This document shows positions 1-10,377 of a stretch of 64,000 bases of DNA, piece after piece (the stretch's first letter is position 1; every line of letters starts with the position of its first letter). Where the stretch lies: positions 55,164-119,163 of the forward strand of contig DATATB010000137.1 in NCBI GenBank assembly GCA_036268995.1, given 5' to 3'. Source of the stretch: Pirellulales bacterium. Lineage in GTDB: Bacteria > Planctomycetota > Planctomycetia > Pirellulales > PNKZ01. The position numbers and the translations under genes were made by a program. Under the pieces are notes generated by a model. The model had not been told where the DNA came from and searched no databases. It saw only the letters and a program-made list of their open reading frames with translations.

Positions 1-162
1 GGAAGATTGAGCTACGATCGATTGAACAGAAGGACGCGAAGGACGCTAAGAAATACGACAGAAGTGATCAGCAGCCAATCGCCGAGCGCAGGCCCCCGCC
101 AACTTCCTTCGCGTTCTTCGCGGCCTTCTGTTCAATCTCCGTCCGCTAGCCGTGGCGAAGGG

Positions 163-2097
163 CTATTTCGTGTGGCGGAGCGTGTCGGGGGTTTTTGAAT
201 TAGGCACGCGCGAAATGCTTTGGCCGGGCGACCAGTCGCCGGCCTTCTTGCCTTTGTTGGGCGACTGCGTCGTGCCGGCCAGGAAGTTGTCGATTTGGGC
301 GTTGTCCTGCAGGTGGTTGAACTCCTTGTTCATCGCCAGCCGGACCTTCTTCTCCATCACGTCTTCGTGGATCAGGTCCCGAACTTCGTCAAATCGCACG
401 CCGATCGGCTTGGTGACCCCTTCGCTGAGCAGGATCACGTAGCGCTCGCCAACCTGGAGCACGCTCGACAGCTCGCCGGGCTGCAACGCAAAGGCTTCCT
501 TCTCCAGCAGCGGCTGGCCGCCGTGGGCCTGGATCGGCGGCACTTCACCGCGGAGCGTGCGGCTGCTGGCCTCGACCGAATACTCTTCGGCCAGGTCGCC
601 AAAGTAGTCGATCGTCGGCCGGTTGCGGGCCATCTCCCAGACTTCCTGCGCTTTGCGCTGCGAGCTGAACACAATCGCCCGCACCTTGGCGCGCGGACCG
701 TAGTTGGCCTCGAAACCTTTTTTCAAGTCTTCTTCGCTGACCTTCACCTGGTCGACGACCATCTTTTTCAGCGCCACGGTAGGCCACACGACGTCGTGCC
801 GGTAAATGGCCAGCGGCACCTTTTGCTTGTCGCAGATTTCTTTCAGCCAGGCGTCGATGTCGGGCGAGCCGTCCGCCTTGGTCTTGCCCATGCTGGCTGC
901 CGTGCGGGCGATTTCAGCGTCGAGGTCCGCGTCGGTGATTTCGATTTGCCGGGCCTTGCAGGCCAGCTCGATCACGCGGCGATTGATCATGCCGTCGAGC
1001 ACCTGCTTGCCGTTGCGCTCGATGCACTCCTCAGCCAGTTCCAGGATCGTGATGCGGCGATCGTTGATGATGGCCGCGATGCCGGGATATTGCTGGCGTT
1101 TTTGCGGATCGGCGTACACGTTTTCGACGTGCGACTCGTGCTGCAATTGTTCGAAGACTTCGCCGGCCACTAGCCGCAGCTTTTTGTCGCGGCAGGCGTC
1201 GACCAGCAGCTTATGCACCTCCTGCATCGGGACACTGCGGCCCGGCAGGTGCTTGTCGCACTTCAGAATCACGAACTGGTTGTCGACGGCCAGCACGTCC
1301 GAGATGTCGCCTTCGCGCATGGCAAAGGCGACTTGCTCGAGCTTCGGATTGCCCATGTGCCGGCGAATCGGCTGCACGAGACCCTTGGCGCTGGCGCTGT
1401 TCACGTCTTCGGAAAACTGCTTGGCCAGGTTGCCGAAATCGCTGGGGGTTTTTACGGCCAGGTCGTAGATCTTGCGGGCCTGCTCCAGCTTGCTGTGCAC
1501 GATGATGCGGACCTGCACCGTTGGGCCGAACTGCGTTTCGTAGGCGCGCTGGACATCTTCGTCGCTGATCTGAATGCGGGACTCGGCCAGCTTGCGCAGC
1601 GCGATCGACGGCCAGATAATGTCGCGCGAATACTGGATCGGGCTGACGTCCCGCTCATCCTCGAGCATTTTCAGCCAGCGGTCGCGCGACAGGTTGAAAC
1701 GCTCGGCCATGCGATCGATTTCGGCCCCCACTTCGTCATTGCTGACGGTGATGTTCTTTTGGCGGCAGGCCTCGACGATCAAGTTCTTGTTGATCATGGC
1801 CTCGAGGACGTCGGGCCCGTAATGGTCGAGCGATTCGCGCGCCAGGTCGTTGCGGCCGATCTGCTCGCCGTTGACGATGGCCACGACTTGCAGCTTGTGC
1901 TCTTCGTCCGGGCCGCGCGGAGGCTCGTTCTGGGCAGTCGACGGCAGCGCCTGATCGCGGGCTGCGGCCGGCGGCGGCTGCCAGTTGATGCGTACGACCA
2001 CGCACACGGCCAGGACCGTTAGTCCGAGCAAAATCATGCCGATGCGTTGTTTGCGGCGGCTCGTTGCCGGCGCTGCGACCGAATCCTTGGTCGTCAT
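163..2097 (-). CDS. Peptidyl-prolyl cis-trans isomerase, SurA/PpiC (parvulin) family, N-terminal membrane anchor/signal
   Basis: 644-aa ORF; N-terminal hydrophobic segment; duplicated SurA-N-like chaperone regions and parvulin-type PPIase-like segments; last gene of the minus-strand rpsB-frr block. Confidence 0.65.
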   Translation of the reverse strand: MTTKDSVAAPATSRRKQRIGMILLGLTVLAVCVVVRINWQPPPAAARDQALPSTAQNEPPRGPDEEHKLQVVAIVNGEQIGRNDLARESLDHYGPDVLEAMINKNLIVEACRQKNITVSNDEVGAEIDRMAERFNLSRDRWLKMLEDERDVSPIQYSRDIIWPSIALRKLAESRIQISDEDVQRAYETQFGPTVQVRIIVHSKLEQARKIYDLAVKTPSDFGNLAKQFSEDVNSASAKGLVQPIRRHMGNPKLEQVAFAMREGDISDVLAVDNQFVILKCDKHLPGRSVPMQEVHKLLVDACRDKKLRLVAGEVFEQLQHESHVENVYADPQKRQQYPGIAAIINDRRITILELAEECIERNGKQVLDGMINRRVIELACKARQIEITDADLDAEIARTAASMGKTKADGSPDIDAWLKEICDKQKVPLAIYRHDVVWPTVALKKMVVDQVKVSEEDLKKGFEANYGPRAKVRAIVFSSQRKAQEVWEMARNRPTIDYFGDLAEEYSVEASSRTLRGEVPPIQAHGGQPLLEKEAFALQPGELSSVLQVGERYVILLSEGVTKPIGVRFDEVRDLIHEDVMEKKVRLAMNKEFNHLQDNAQIDNFLAGTTQSPNKGKKAGDWSPGQSISRVPNSKTPDTLRHTK

Positions 2098-2220
2098 GGC
2101 GGTCTCTCCTTTTCCCGCTGTCGGCCGGCTCGGGATCGAACCGGCGCGTGGCGCATGCCTAGGAAGGCGGGGGAGTATAAGAAACGGCCAATCACAGGGT
2201 CAAGGCCAGCGGCCGGGCAG

Positions 2221-2991
2221 CTAGCGCTCGGCCACGACGCGTTGCATCACGCCGGGGACATTGCTGATCAGCCCGTCGATACCGGCCGCTAGCAGTCGGT
2301 GGGCTTCGGCCGGGTCGTCCACGGTCCAGGCCCAGGCTTTGAGCCCGCGCGCGTGAATCGCGGCGATCGCCGGCTCGTCGAGCATCGCGGCTTCCCAGCC
2401 GATCAGGCTGGCGCCCAACGCGCGGGCAGCGTCCAGAATCAGGTCGTTTGGCTGCTTATTGCCCAGGGCGCCCAGCAGCAGTTCGGGAGCCAACTCGTGG
2501 CACTCGCGCAAGAAATGCCAATCGAAGGCATGCACCGTGACGCGGGAGAGGGCGCCGAGCGATTGCAACAGCGCGACGCAACTGGCCGCATCGCCGCTCT
2601 TGCGCTCGATCATCAAACATGCCCGGGGGACAATGGCCGCCAGCACCTGCTCGAGGCTCGACAACCGCGTGCCGATGAATTGGGGGGCAAACCAACTGCC
2701 GGCGTCCAACCCTGACAACTGGGCGAAGGTTTTTGCGGCCAGCGGAATCTTTCGATCCGACCAGCGGCGGCAGGCATCGGTGGTGCGATCCAGAAATTCG
2801 TCGTGAAACACGACGGGCACGCCATCGGCCGAAGCCAGATAATCCAGCTCGACGAAGTCGACGCCCAAGGCCGCGGCCGACTCGAAGGCCGGCAGAGTAT
2901 TCTCCGGCGCCTGGCGGCTATCGCCCCGATGGGCAATCACCAGCACGCGCGAGGCGGCCACCAGTTCGCGGGCCGAGGCGGGGCGCGTCAA
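2221..2991 (-). CDS. Glycerophosphodiester phosphodiesterase (GDPD family)
   Basis: 256 aa; GDPD signature VIAHRGDS...PENTLPAFE...VELDY...DGVPVVFHDEFLDRTT; overlaps frr stop by 4 nt. Confidence 0.8.
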   Translation of the reverse strand: MTRPASARELVAASRVLVIAHRGDSRQAPENTLPAFESAAALGVDFVELDYLASADGVPVVFHDEFLDRTTDACRRWSDRKIPLAAKTFAQLSGLDAGSWFAPQFIGTRLSSLEQVLAAIVPRACLMIERKSGDAASCVALLQSLGALSRVTVHAFDWHFLRECHELAPELLLGALGNKQPNDLILDAARALGASLIGWEAAMLDEPAIAAIHARGLKAWAWTVDDPAEAHRLLAAGIDGLISNVPGVMQRVVAER

Positions 2992-3548
2992 TCTTCCATC
3001 ACCTCTTGTTCCTTGGCCTTGGCCATATCGTTGGCCCGGGTCTCGAACTTCTTGGTGAGTTCCTGGATCTCTTCCTTGACGCCGTCGCAGTCGTCTTCCG
3101 ACAGCGTCTTGTCCTTCTGTTCCTGGTCGGCCACCTTGTTGCCGTCGCGGCGGACATTGCGAACGGCTACCCGCGCCTCTTCGTTCAATTCCTTGATGCG
3201 GCCCACCAGCTTGCGGCGCGTCTCGGTGGATAGCGGGGGCACATTGAGCCGGATGACCCGGCCGTCGTTGATGGGCGTGAAGCCCAGGCCGCTGGCCTGG
3301 ATCGCCTTTTCGATGTCCTTGATCGTGCCCGGATCGAACGGCCGGACGACGATTTGCGTGGGCTCGGGCGCGCCGACGGAGGCCAACTGTTTGATCGGCG
3401 TGGGCGAGCCGTAGACTTCGACCCGTAGCGTGTCGACCAGGCCGGGATTGGCGCGGCCGGTGCGGATGCCGGACAAGGCGTGCTTGAGCACGTCGACGGC
3501 CTTTTCCATCCGTTCTTCTACGTCCATCAGGATTTCGTCAGCACTCAT
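2988..3548 (-). CDS. frr: Ribosome recycling factor
   Basis: 186 aa, full-length similarity to RRF (MSADEILMDVEERMEKAVDVLKHALSGIRTGRANPGLVD...). Confidence 0.95.
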   Translation of the reverse strand: MSADEILMDVEERMEKAVDVLKHALSGIRTGRANPGLVDTLRVEVYGSPTPIKQLASVGAPEPTQIVVRPFDPGTIKDIEKAIQASGLGFTPINDGRVIRLNVPPLSTETRRKLVGRIKELNEEARVAVRNVRRDGNKVADQEQKDKTLSEDDCDGVKEEIQELTKKFETRANDMAKAKEQEVMED

Positions 3549-3729
3549 CGCCCAGACCCTCTCGGGAATTCTCGTGAAAACAATTCTTTGAACAGAAGGG
3601 CGCGAAGACCGCGAAGAAAGCAGGAGAAGGAAGAAGAAAAGGTCGCAGCGTTCACTACCTTCGCGCTCTTTCCGATCTTCTGTTCCTATCCGTCATTCAT
3701 CATTCATCGATCAGCAATCATCACTTCCT

Positions 3730-4494
3730 TCACGTCAGCGTCGCCACGCCGCTGGTGACCCGGGTGCCGATCCGTTCGCCGGCTACGGCCCGCTCGATAT
3801 TGCCTTCCTTCTTGAAGTTGAAGACCAGAATGGGCATGTCGTGCTCCATGCACTGGGCGATGGCCGTGGGATCCATGACGCGCAGGTTCTGATCGCGAAT
3901 GGCCTGGTAGCTCAACTCGCTGTACAGCACGGCGTGCGGATTCTTTTCGGGATCGTCGCTATAGACGCCCTCGACGCGCGTGGCCTTGAGCAGGATGTCG
4001 GCCTCGAGTTCCAGCGCCCGCTGCGCGGCGGCCGTGTCGGTGGTGACAAACGGACTGCCGGTGCCGCAGGCCAGGATCACGATGCGGCCTTTTTCCAGGT
4101 GCCGGCGGGCCCGGCGGCGGATATAGGGCTCGGCCACGCCGTCCATGCGAATGGCGGTCGAAAGCCGCGTTTCGCAGCCCAGCGACTCCAGCGCGTCTTG
4201 CAAGGCCAGGCCGTTGATCACCGTGGCCAGCATGCCCATGTAATGGGCCGTGGCTTCTTGGACGCAACTGGCGGCCGCCGTGAACTGGGCCCCGCGCAGG
4301 ATATTGCCGCCGCCGATGACGATGGCGATCTGCACGCCGCGCTGCGCGGCGCGCCAAGTCTGGCGGGCGATGTGCAGCACGGCGTCCATGCTGATGCCGC
4401 GTTCGCCCGCGTGGCAGAAACTCTCGCCCGAAAGTTTTAAGACCACGCGCCGGAAGGCGGGAGGCGACCCATCGGCTATCGTTCGACTGCTCAT
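3730..4494 (-). CDS. pyrH: UMP kinase
   Basis: 254 aa; amino-acid kinase fold motifs VVLKLSGE...[11 protein letters not shown]; ATG confirmed at 4494; in conserved tsf-pyrH-frr order. Confidence 0.95.
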   Translation of the reverse strand: MSSRTIADGSPPAFRRVVLKLSGESFCHAGERGISMDAVLHIARQTWRAAQRGVQIAIVIGGGNILRGAQFTAAASCVQEATAHYMGMLATVINGLALQDALESLGCETRLSTAIRMDGVAEPYIRRRARRHLEKGRIVILACGTGSPFVTTDTAAAQRALELEADILLKATRVEGVYSDDPEKNPHAVLYSELSYQAIRDQNLRVMDPTAIAQCMEHDMPILVFNFKKEGNIERAVAGERIGTRVTSGVATLT

Positions 4495-4538
4495 GACTGC
4501 CGTTTTCCCAGGATGCGTGATGTTGCTCTTAGGCGATA

Positions 4539-5363
4539 TTACTCTTTGCCCAACTGCCAGCGCACGAAGCGTTTCACCTGCATGCCGGCTTCCTTGGCGA
4601 CCTGGCCGACTGTCTTTTTGTCGTCTTTGACAAACGGCTGTTCGAGCAGCACCTTGTCGGCGAAAAAATTCTTGAGCCGGCCTTCGATCATCTTGGCGAT
4701 GATGTTTTCCGGCTTACCTTCCTGGCGGGCCGCGGCGCTGAGGATTTCGCGCTCCTTCTCGATGCTCTTGGGATCGAGATCTTCCTTGCTCACCGCCTCA
4801 GGATTCTTGGCGGCGATGTGCATGGCCACGTCCTTGGCCGCCTCGGCATTGCCGCCGCTGACTTCGACCAGCACGCCAATGTCGCCCGTGTGGTGCACGT
4901 AACCGGCCGAGGGCGCGTCGAAGCGCACAATGCGGCCGAGATCGAACACTTCCCGGATGCGGTTGAACATGTCGTCCTTCTGCTGGCCCAGCGTGCTGCC
5001 GGGCTTGCCGGGAGCTGGCTGCTGGAGCAGGTCCGCGGCCGTTTTCGCGCCCGGCCCGGTCGCCAACTGCTTGGCTACGTCCTTGGCGAACTGCGTGAAC
5101 TCGGGGCTGCTGGCCACCGGCGCGCTCTCGCATTTGACTTCGACCATGGCTCCGACCTTGTCGTCGGCATACACGGCGATGCGGCCGGCAGAAGTCTCAC
5201 GGCCCAGGCGAGTTTCCTGGGTCTTGATGCCTTGCTTGCGCAGCCAGTCGACGGCCTTGTCTTCGTCGCCGCCGGTTTCCTGCAGGGCCTTCTTGCACTC
5301 CATCATCGGCAAACCGGTCCGCTCGCGCAGCGTCTTGACCGCCGCGGCCGTGATCTCAGCCAT
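4539..5363 (-). CDS. tsf: Elongation factor Ts
   Basis: EF-Ts N-terminal UBA-like motif [27 protein letters not shown]; the listed ORF starts 198 nt further upstream (to 5564) but ATG at 5363 matches the conserved EF-Ts N-terminus. Confidence 0.9.
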   Translation of the reverse strand: MAEITAAAVKTLRERTGLPMMECKKALQETGGDEDKAVDWLRKQGIKTQETRLGRETSAGRIAVYADDKVGAMVEVKCESAPVASSPEFTQFAKDVAKQLATGPGAKTAADLLQQPAPGKPGSTLGQQKDDMFNRIREVFDLGRIVRFDAPSAGYVHHTGDIGVLVEVSGGNAEAAKDVAMHIAAKNPEAVSKEDLDPKSIEKEREILSAAARQEGKPENIIAKMIEGRLKNFFADKVLLEQPFVKDDKKTVGQVAKEAGMQVKRFVRWQLGKE

Positions 5364-5564
5364 GTTCGCTCCTCTTTGTCTTGATTGACTTGATTTATTA
5401 AATGTTGGGCTGCACTGTTTCGAGCAGGGCCGATGGCGCGCCGGCGCATGCCGGTCATCGGCCGGACCGTGGGCGGCCAGCGCGGCCCAGTTTTTTACGT
5501 GGTTGGACACTCGTAGCGGGCGACATTTCGTCATCCGCTTGACGGCCATCGTTGCCGCCGGCAT

Positions 5565-6329
5565 CTAGTCGGCGTCTTTGTCGTCGCCACCGGCGGAATA
5601 AGCGGCCGGTCCGGACTTGGGCCCGGCGTCCACCGAGTTGGCCTTGCCCTCGATCACCGCATCGGCCAGTTGCTGCAACACCAGCTCGATCGAGCGAATG
5701 CTGTCGTCGTTGCCGGGAATCGGCAGATCGACCAGATCCGGATCGCTGTCGGTATCGATCAAGGCCACGGTCGTCACGCCCAGCTTGCGGGCCTCGCTGA
5801 CCGCGTTCTTTTCCTTCTTGGGGTCGATGATCACCATGCACTCGGGCAGGCGGTTCATCGTGCGGATGCCGTTCAGATTGCGAAACATCTTGCGATATTC
5901 GCGATTCAGGGCCGACTGCATCTTCTTGCTGTAGGCCGAAATCTCGTCGGTCGTCCGCATCTGCTCGAGTTCTTCCAGACGCGTCAGCCGGCTGCGAATC
6001 GTGCGGAAGTTGGTGAGCGTGCCGCCCAGCCAGCGATCGCTGACATAGGGCTGCCCGCAGCGGGCTGCTTCGCGTTCGACCGTCTCGGCCGCCTGCCGCT
6101 TGCAGCCGACGAACAGCACCAGGCTGCCGCTGCTGGCCACTTGGGTGAGGTATTTTCGGGCGCGGATCAAGCCGCGGATCGTCTCGCGGACGTCGATGAT
6201 GTGGATCAGATTGCGGCGGCCGTAGATGTACGGACGCATTTTGGGATTCCACCGGCTGGCACGATGGCCAAAGTGGGCTCCCGCCTCGATGAGTTGCTTG
6301 ACAAGAACCGGGGGCACTAAGCGCTCCAA
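5565..6329 (-). CDS. rpsB: 30S ribosomal protein S2
   Basis: 254 aa; S2 signature [19 protein letters not shown]...; ORF begins at a TTG so the exact start is uncertain; heads the rpsB-tsf-pyrH-frr cluster. Confidence 0.93.
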   Translation of the reverse strand: MERLVPPVLVKQLIEAGAHFGHRASRWNPKMRPYIYGRRNLIHIIDVRETIRGLIRARKYLTQVASSGSLVLFVGCKRQAAETVEREAARCGQPYVSDRWLGGTLTNFRTIRSRLTRLEELEQMRTTDEISAYSKKMQSALNREYRKMFRNLNGIRTMNRLPECMVIIDPKKEKNAVSEARKLGVTTVALIDTDSDPDLVDLPIPGNDDSIRSIELVLQQLADAVIEGKANSVDAGPKSGPAAYSAGGDDKDAD

Positions 6330-6606
6330 TCGATAAGTGGCACGCCGGCAAGCGCTTGCGGCCTCAAATGTATTTGAGGCAAAAGGCCATGGCGCCGGCG
6401 TTCAAGGTGAAACTGCGGCCTAAAAATCGGGGCGACAGACATCGCCCTCCAGCCCTGGCCGTTGGGGCCGGAAAGTCCGCCATGATAGCGGGTTAGCGGC
6501 AGAGGGTCAATCGCTGGCGCGGTGGTGTACGCTGGCCAATTTGCCCGTGCCGTCTGGATGAAACTACAATGAGAGTTGATCGCAACGAACTCCAGTGAGA
6601 GCTCCC

Positions 6607-6849
6607 ATGACGACTGAGCAACTCCGCGCGGCGCATCGTGCGACCCCGTTTCGACCGTTTAAGATCCGAATGGCCGATGGGCGTGCGTTTCCGGTTCCGC
6701 ATCCGGATTTCTTGTCGATTTCGCCCGCCGGACGAACGGTCGTGATCTATCAGCCGGACGGCGCGGCCAGCATCGTTGATCTGCTGCTGATGACCGAGCT
6801 GGAATGGTCGCCGCCAGGGGAACCGGCAACTGCGGGCGACCAAGGCTGA
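6607..6849 (+). CDS. Small hypothetical protein, paralog A (~80 aa)
   Basis: ATG at 6607 (the listed ORF starts at a GTG at 6595); clear paralogy with the convergent ORF 6869..7096 (shared PF.PF+..M..G....V.HP.......DG spacing). Confidence 0.45.
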   Translation: MTTEQLRAAHRATPFRPFKIRMADGRAFPVPHPDFLSISPAGRTVVIYQPDGAASIVDLLLMTELEWSPPGEPATAGDQG

Positions 6850-6868
6850 GCCCTTGCTGTCGCTCGTG

Positions 6869-7096
6869 TTAAACCCGCGGGGCGAGCGGCTCGACTGCTG
6901 TGACGTGCAGTAACGAGCAGATTTTGAACTCGGCCGGCACGCCGTCCTCGACGTCGGTGCCCACGAGGATGTCGGATTTCGTCACGAAAGCCATCTCCGG
7001 ATGACGCACTTCGTACGATTGACCGCTGGACATCACCAGACGAAATGGCAAGAACGGCCGGGCAGTTAGAAGATCACGGAAAGTTTGAACCGTCAT
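6869..7096 (-). CDS. Small hypothetical protein, paralog B (75 aa)
   Basis: ATG at 7096 with AAGGGA SD-like sequence upstream; homologous to 6607..6849 across nearly full length. Confidence 0.45.
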   Translation of the reverse strand: MTVQTFRDLLTARPFLPFRLVMSSGQSYEVRHPEMAFVTKSDILVGTDVEDGVPAEFKICSLLHVTAVEPLAPRV

Positions 7097-7177
7097 TTAC
7101 GTGGTCCCTTGGGCGCAAGCCCCGCATCCATCGCCGCACCTAATCCTAATTATAACACAAGCGCGGCTTGGCCAGAA

Positions 7178-8632
7178 TCATTCAGCAGGAGCAGCGCTCT
7201 TGGCCGCCGCATTGCGTGCGGCGCGCTTAGCTTGCTTCTTGTTTGGTCCTTCCTTCTTCTTGCGCTCGGGCGAGGGCACGTTCTTGGTCGGCAGCCAGTG
7301 GGCCAACTCCGATTTCGTGGCCGCGTACTCGGGCTTTCGGGCCAGGTTGGTCCATTCCTGCGGGTCTTGCAGTTCGTCATACAGCTCTTCGCCGCCGTCG
7401 GCGTAGCGGATGTATCGCCATTTCTCGCTGCGAACCGCGTGGTTCTGATAGCCATGCGTGGTCAGCGCCGGCCTGTCCCAGGCGGCCTGCGGATCGGCCA
7501 ATAGCGGCTTGATGCTCACCCCTTCGACATGCGACGGAACGTCCAGGCCGCACAGTTCACAGAGCGTCGGATAGATGCTCATGAAGTCGACCGTGCGCGG
7601 GGAGACGGAGTTCGGCTTCGTCATGCCAGGCACGGTGAAAAACAGCGGGGCACGCGTCGCTTCTTCCCACAGCGCGAATTTGCGCCAGTGTTGCTTCTCG
7701 CCCAGGTGCCAGCCGTGATCGCCCCAGAAGACGATGATCGTGTTGTCCTTGTAGGGGCTCTTGTCGAAGCCGGCCATCAAGCGGCCGATCATGGCATCGC
7801 AAAAAGCGCCGGCCGCCAGGTATCCGCGCACCGCTTCCTTCCAGCGCCCCGACGCGAGCATCTTGGCGTGGTCCCCTTGCGGCGCCGCCATCTTCACGCC
7901 GGCCGGCGGCACGTCGTCCAGATCGGTTTCGAGCACCTTGGGCAGTTGGATGGATTCGAGCGGAAACATGTCGTAATACTTTCGCGGCACGTTCCAGGCC
8001 ATGTGCGGCTTGTGCAGCCCGCAGGCCAGGAACAGTGGCTTGTCGTGCGGCTTGTGGAGTTGCTCGATGCAATAGCTGACCGTTTGATAGTCGCCGAGTT
8101 CCTCGTCCTTGGCGTCGACCGGCGCGAAGCGAATGCCGCCGACGCCCTCGTTTTCGCCCTTGCCGGGCGGCTGGTCCTTATCGGCCTTCGGGCCGTATTC
8201 GTCCCACTGGCCGAACTGATCGCCGTCGCCGTGATAGATTTTTCCACAGCCGACGACGTGATAACCGTTCTGCTTGAAGTGCGTATTCAGCGGCACGACA
8301 TCGTTGGCGACCGTGCTGCGGCGATCGATGCCATTGCCATAAACCCCGCTGGTCGAGCTGCGCAGGCCGGTCATCAGCGCGCTGCGCGAGGGATTGCAAA
8401 CCGGCGAGGCGCAGTACGCATGGGCGAAATTCACGCCCCGAGCTGCCAACGCGTCGATGTTCGGCGTCCTGGCCTGCGGGTGGCCGCCCAGGCAGCCGAC
8501 CCAATCGTTCAAGTCATCGGCCGCGATGAACAGCACGTTCGGCCGGTCAGCGGCGGTGGCGAAGGACCATTGCAACAGCACGGCGAAAACGGCCAGGGCG
8601 GGCGGCAAAGCCCAAGATCGAGTGCGAAGCAT
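7178..8632 (-). CDS. Sulfatase (formylglycine-dependent, arylsulfatase/iduronate-sulfatase-like), secreted
   Basis: 484 aa; signal peptide; sulfatase motif CASPVCNPSRSALMTG (C-x-P-x-R) and LFIAADDL metal-binding N-terminus. Confidence 0.85.
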   Translation of the reverse strand: MLRTRSWALPPALAVFAVLLQWSFATAADRPNVLFIAADDLNDWVGCLGGHPQARTPNIDALAARGVNFAHAYCASPVCNPSRSALMTGLRSSTSGVYGNGIDRRSTVANDVVPLNTHFKQNGYHVVGCGKIYHGDGDQFGQWDEYGPKADKDQPPGKGENEGVGGIRFAPVDAKDEELGDYQTVSYCIEQLHKPHDKPLFLACGLHKPHMAWNVPRKYYDMFPLESIQLPKVLETDLDDVPPAGVKMAAPQGDHAKMLASGRWKEAVRGYLAAGAFCDAMIGRLMAGFDKSPYKDNTIIVFWGDHGWHLGEKQHWRKFALWEEATRAPLFFTVPGMTKPNSVSPRTVDFMSIYPTLCELCGLDVPSHVEGVSIKPLLADPQAAWDRPALTTHGYQNHAVRSEKWRYIRYADGGEELYDELQDPQEWTNLARKPEYAATKSELAHWLPTKNVPSPERKKKEGPNKKQAKRAARNAAAKSAAPAE

Positions 8633-8846
8633 GGAGGTGTACCTGGATTGTGGCGGGGCGACGCGACAAGAGATACGACGCGGACAGTGCCGTAATTATT
8701 TGCCGGCGTTGCGCATCTTTGAGTGCGCCGGAGCCCAGGTGTCGCTGGCGGCATCTACGAAGGACGGCGGTGGCAGCCGCATTTCGATCCGGCGACCGCC
8801 TGCGCGATGATGTGGAGGGCAGGGAAGTCTGCTGACCAACCGAAAG

Positions 8847-8917
8847 CTACCCGGCTAGGACTCGAACCTAGAATGGGAGAGCCAAAATCTCCAGTGTTAC
8901 CATTACACCACCGGGTA
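8847..8917 (-). tRNA. tRNA-Gln (anticodon TTG)
   Basis: Hand-folded cloverleaf of the reverse complement: acceptor TACCCGG/CCGGGTA, D-arm GTGT-AATGGTA-ACAC, anticodon stem GGAGA/TCTCC with loop TTTTGGC (anticodon TTG), T-arm CTAGG-TTCGAGT-CCTAG, discriminator G73, U1-A72; CCA not encoded. Confidence 0.7.
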
Positions 8918-9051
8918 GTGGTCGCCGGACCCTTTCGAGCCCGGCTGGCCGCCGTATCATACCGGCGGAATGGGGCAAAAGCCAAGAGCCGTGCACCCGG
9001 CGAGTGATGGGCGGGCGTGGCCCCGCGACCGGCGGTTGCGGCCTTATGGGG

Positions 9052-9753
9052 TCATGCGTCGGCTTCGGGCGGGTCGTCGGGCGCGGTGGCCGACTCGCGG
9101 TTGGCGACGGAGAAGGAGAGCTGCTCGAGCTCGATGGCCAGGTCGACGCCGATCTGGCTGACCTGGTCGCCTAGCGTGATGGTGACGGGTGCGAAGTTCA
9201 ACACGCCTTCGACTCCCGCCGCCGCCAGCCGCTCGGCCACGATTTGCGCCTGCGTGGCCGGAACGGCGAGCAAAGCCAGCCGAATCTTTTCCTGGCGGGC
9301 GATTTCCGGCAGTTGATCGAGATGGTAGACCGTGACGCCTTCGATGCGCGCACCGACTTTATCCGGGTCGGAGTCAAAGGCCGCCACCAGGCGAAACCCG
9401 CGCTGCTGAAAGCCGCGATAGCCGAGCAAGGCGCGCCCCAGGTTGCCGACGCCCACCAGGGCTACGGCCCATTGCTGGTCGGTGCCCATGATCCGTTTGA
9501 TTTCGGCGATCAACTCTTCGCAGCGGTAGCCGATGCCTGGGTAGCCGAAATGGCCAAAATAGGCCAGGTCCTTGCGCACCTGGGCGTCGGTAAAACCCAG
9601 CCGGGCGCCGAGTTGGCTCGAGCTGATGGTCGAATGGCCGTCGCGGACCAGGTGCTCCAGCTCGCGCAGGTAGAGGCTCAGCCGGGTAACCACGGCCTTG
9701 GGCACGGGCCCTTCGGAACCTGAAGCGCCTGGTTTGCCTTTGGGATCGCTCAT
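9052..9753 (-). CDS. rex: Redox-sensing transcriptional repressor Rex
   Basis: 233 aa; N-terminal winged-helix (TVTRLSLYLRELEHL) plus Rossmann NAD(H)-binding domain (VALVGVGNLGRALLGY). Confidence 0.85.
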   Translation of the reverse strand: MSDPKGKPGASGSEGPVPKAVVTRLSLYLRELEHLVRDGHSTISSSQLGARLGFTDAQVRKDLAYFGHFGYPGIGYRCEELIAEIKRIMGTDQQWAVALVGVGNLGRALLGYRGFQQRGFRLVAAFDSDPDKVGARIEGVTVYHLDQLPEIARQEKIRLALLAVPATQAQIVAERLAAAGVEGVLNFAPVTITLGDQVSQIGVDLAIELEQLSFSVANRESATAPDDPPEADA

Positions 9754-10377
9754 GGACCGATGTACCGAAAAATAACGTTCCAGTTCCTCATTTCCTCAGG
9801 CTCTCCTCCAGCGTCCAGAAGCGGCGAGGAGCTTGAAGACAGGGCTATTTTTCGGCGAGTCCTCGGGCATCGGCAGCGCATCCGGGGGGGCGGCCGCTGG
9901 TGTTTGGCGGGTGCGGTAACACTGTAAGGAAACCGCGGCAGCCGGACAAGTGGCCGGCGGCCGTGGGGCCTCCCGACCGTTGCCAACCCCGCTGGGCCTA
10001 CCGCGGCGAGGCGGTTGCCAGCGCGGCAAGGTCGGAAAGACCGTTGCCGGCCTGCTGCACGGTTACAGGCGGCACGACGTGCACAACGCACCCAAAGAAC
10101 CGTGAGTTCGCACGGAGTAGGTCCTGCGCAGGCCTCCGAGATAAAGCAGTCGTCGCAATGCTACCGATACTAGCAGCATTCGGCCGCTGTGACGGCAATT
10201 TGCGTGGTATGAAGGCGCGTCAATGGGTCACGCGTTAAGCGCAAATTACGCAACACAGCTAATGCACGCTGAATGTGCAGACCGAATAGCCCTATTAGCG
10301 CTCTAGGCTTCGCCAGCTCAAGAGTGCGAAACCAGGCCCCGTTCAATCTGATGAGTGTCCTTGGAGGAGGCAAGAAC

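Noticed and set aside
5455-6351. 298-aa and other long ORFs (5670..6320 +, 4818..5384 +, 3841..4440 +) overlapping rpsB/tsf/pyrH
   Set aside because: They are frame-shifted or antisense shadows of highly conserved housekeeping genes. Their translations are Arg/Gly/Pro-rich and typical of GC-rich noncoding frames.
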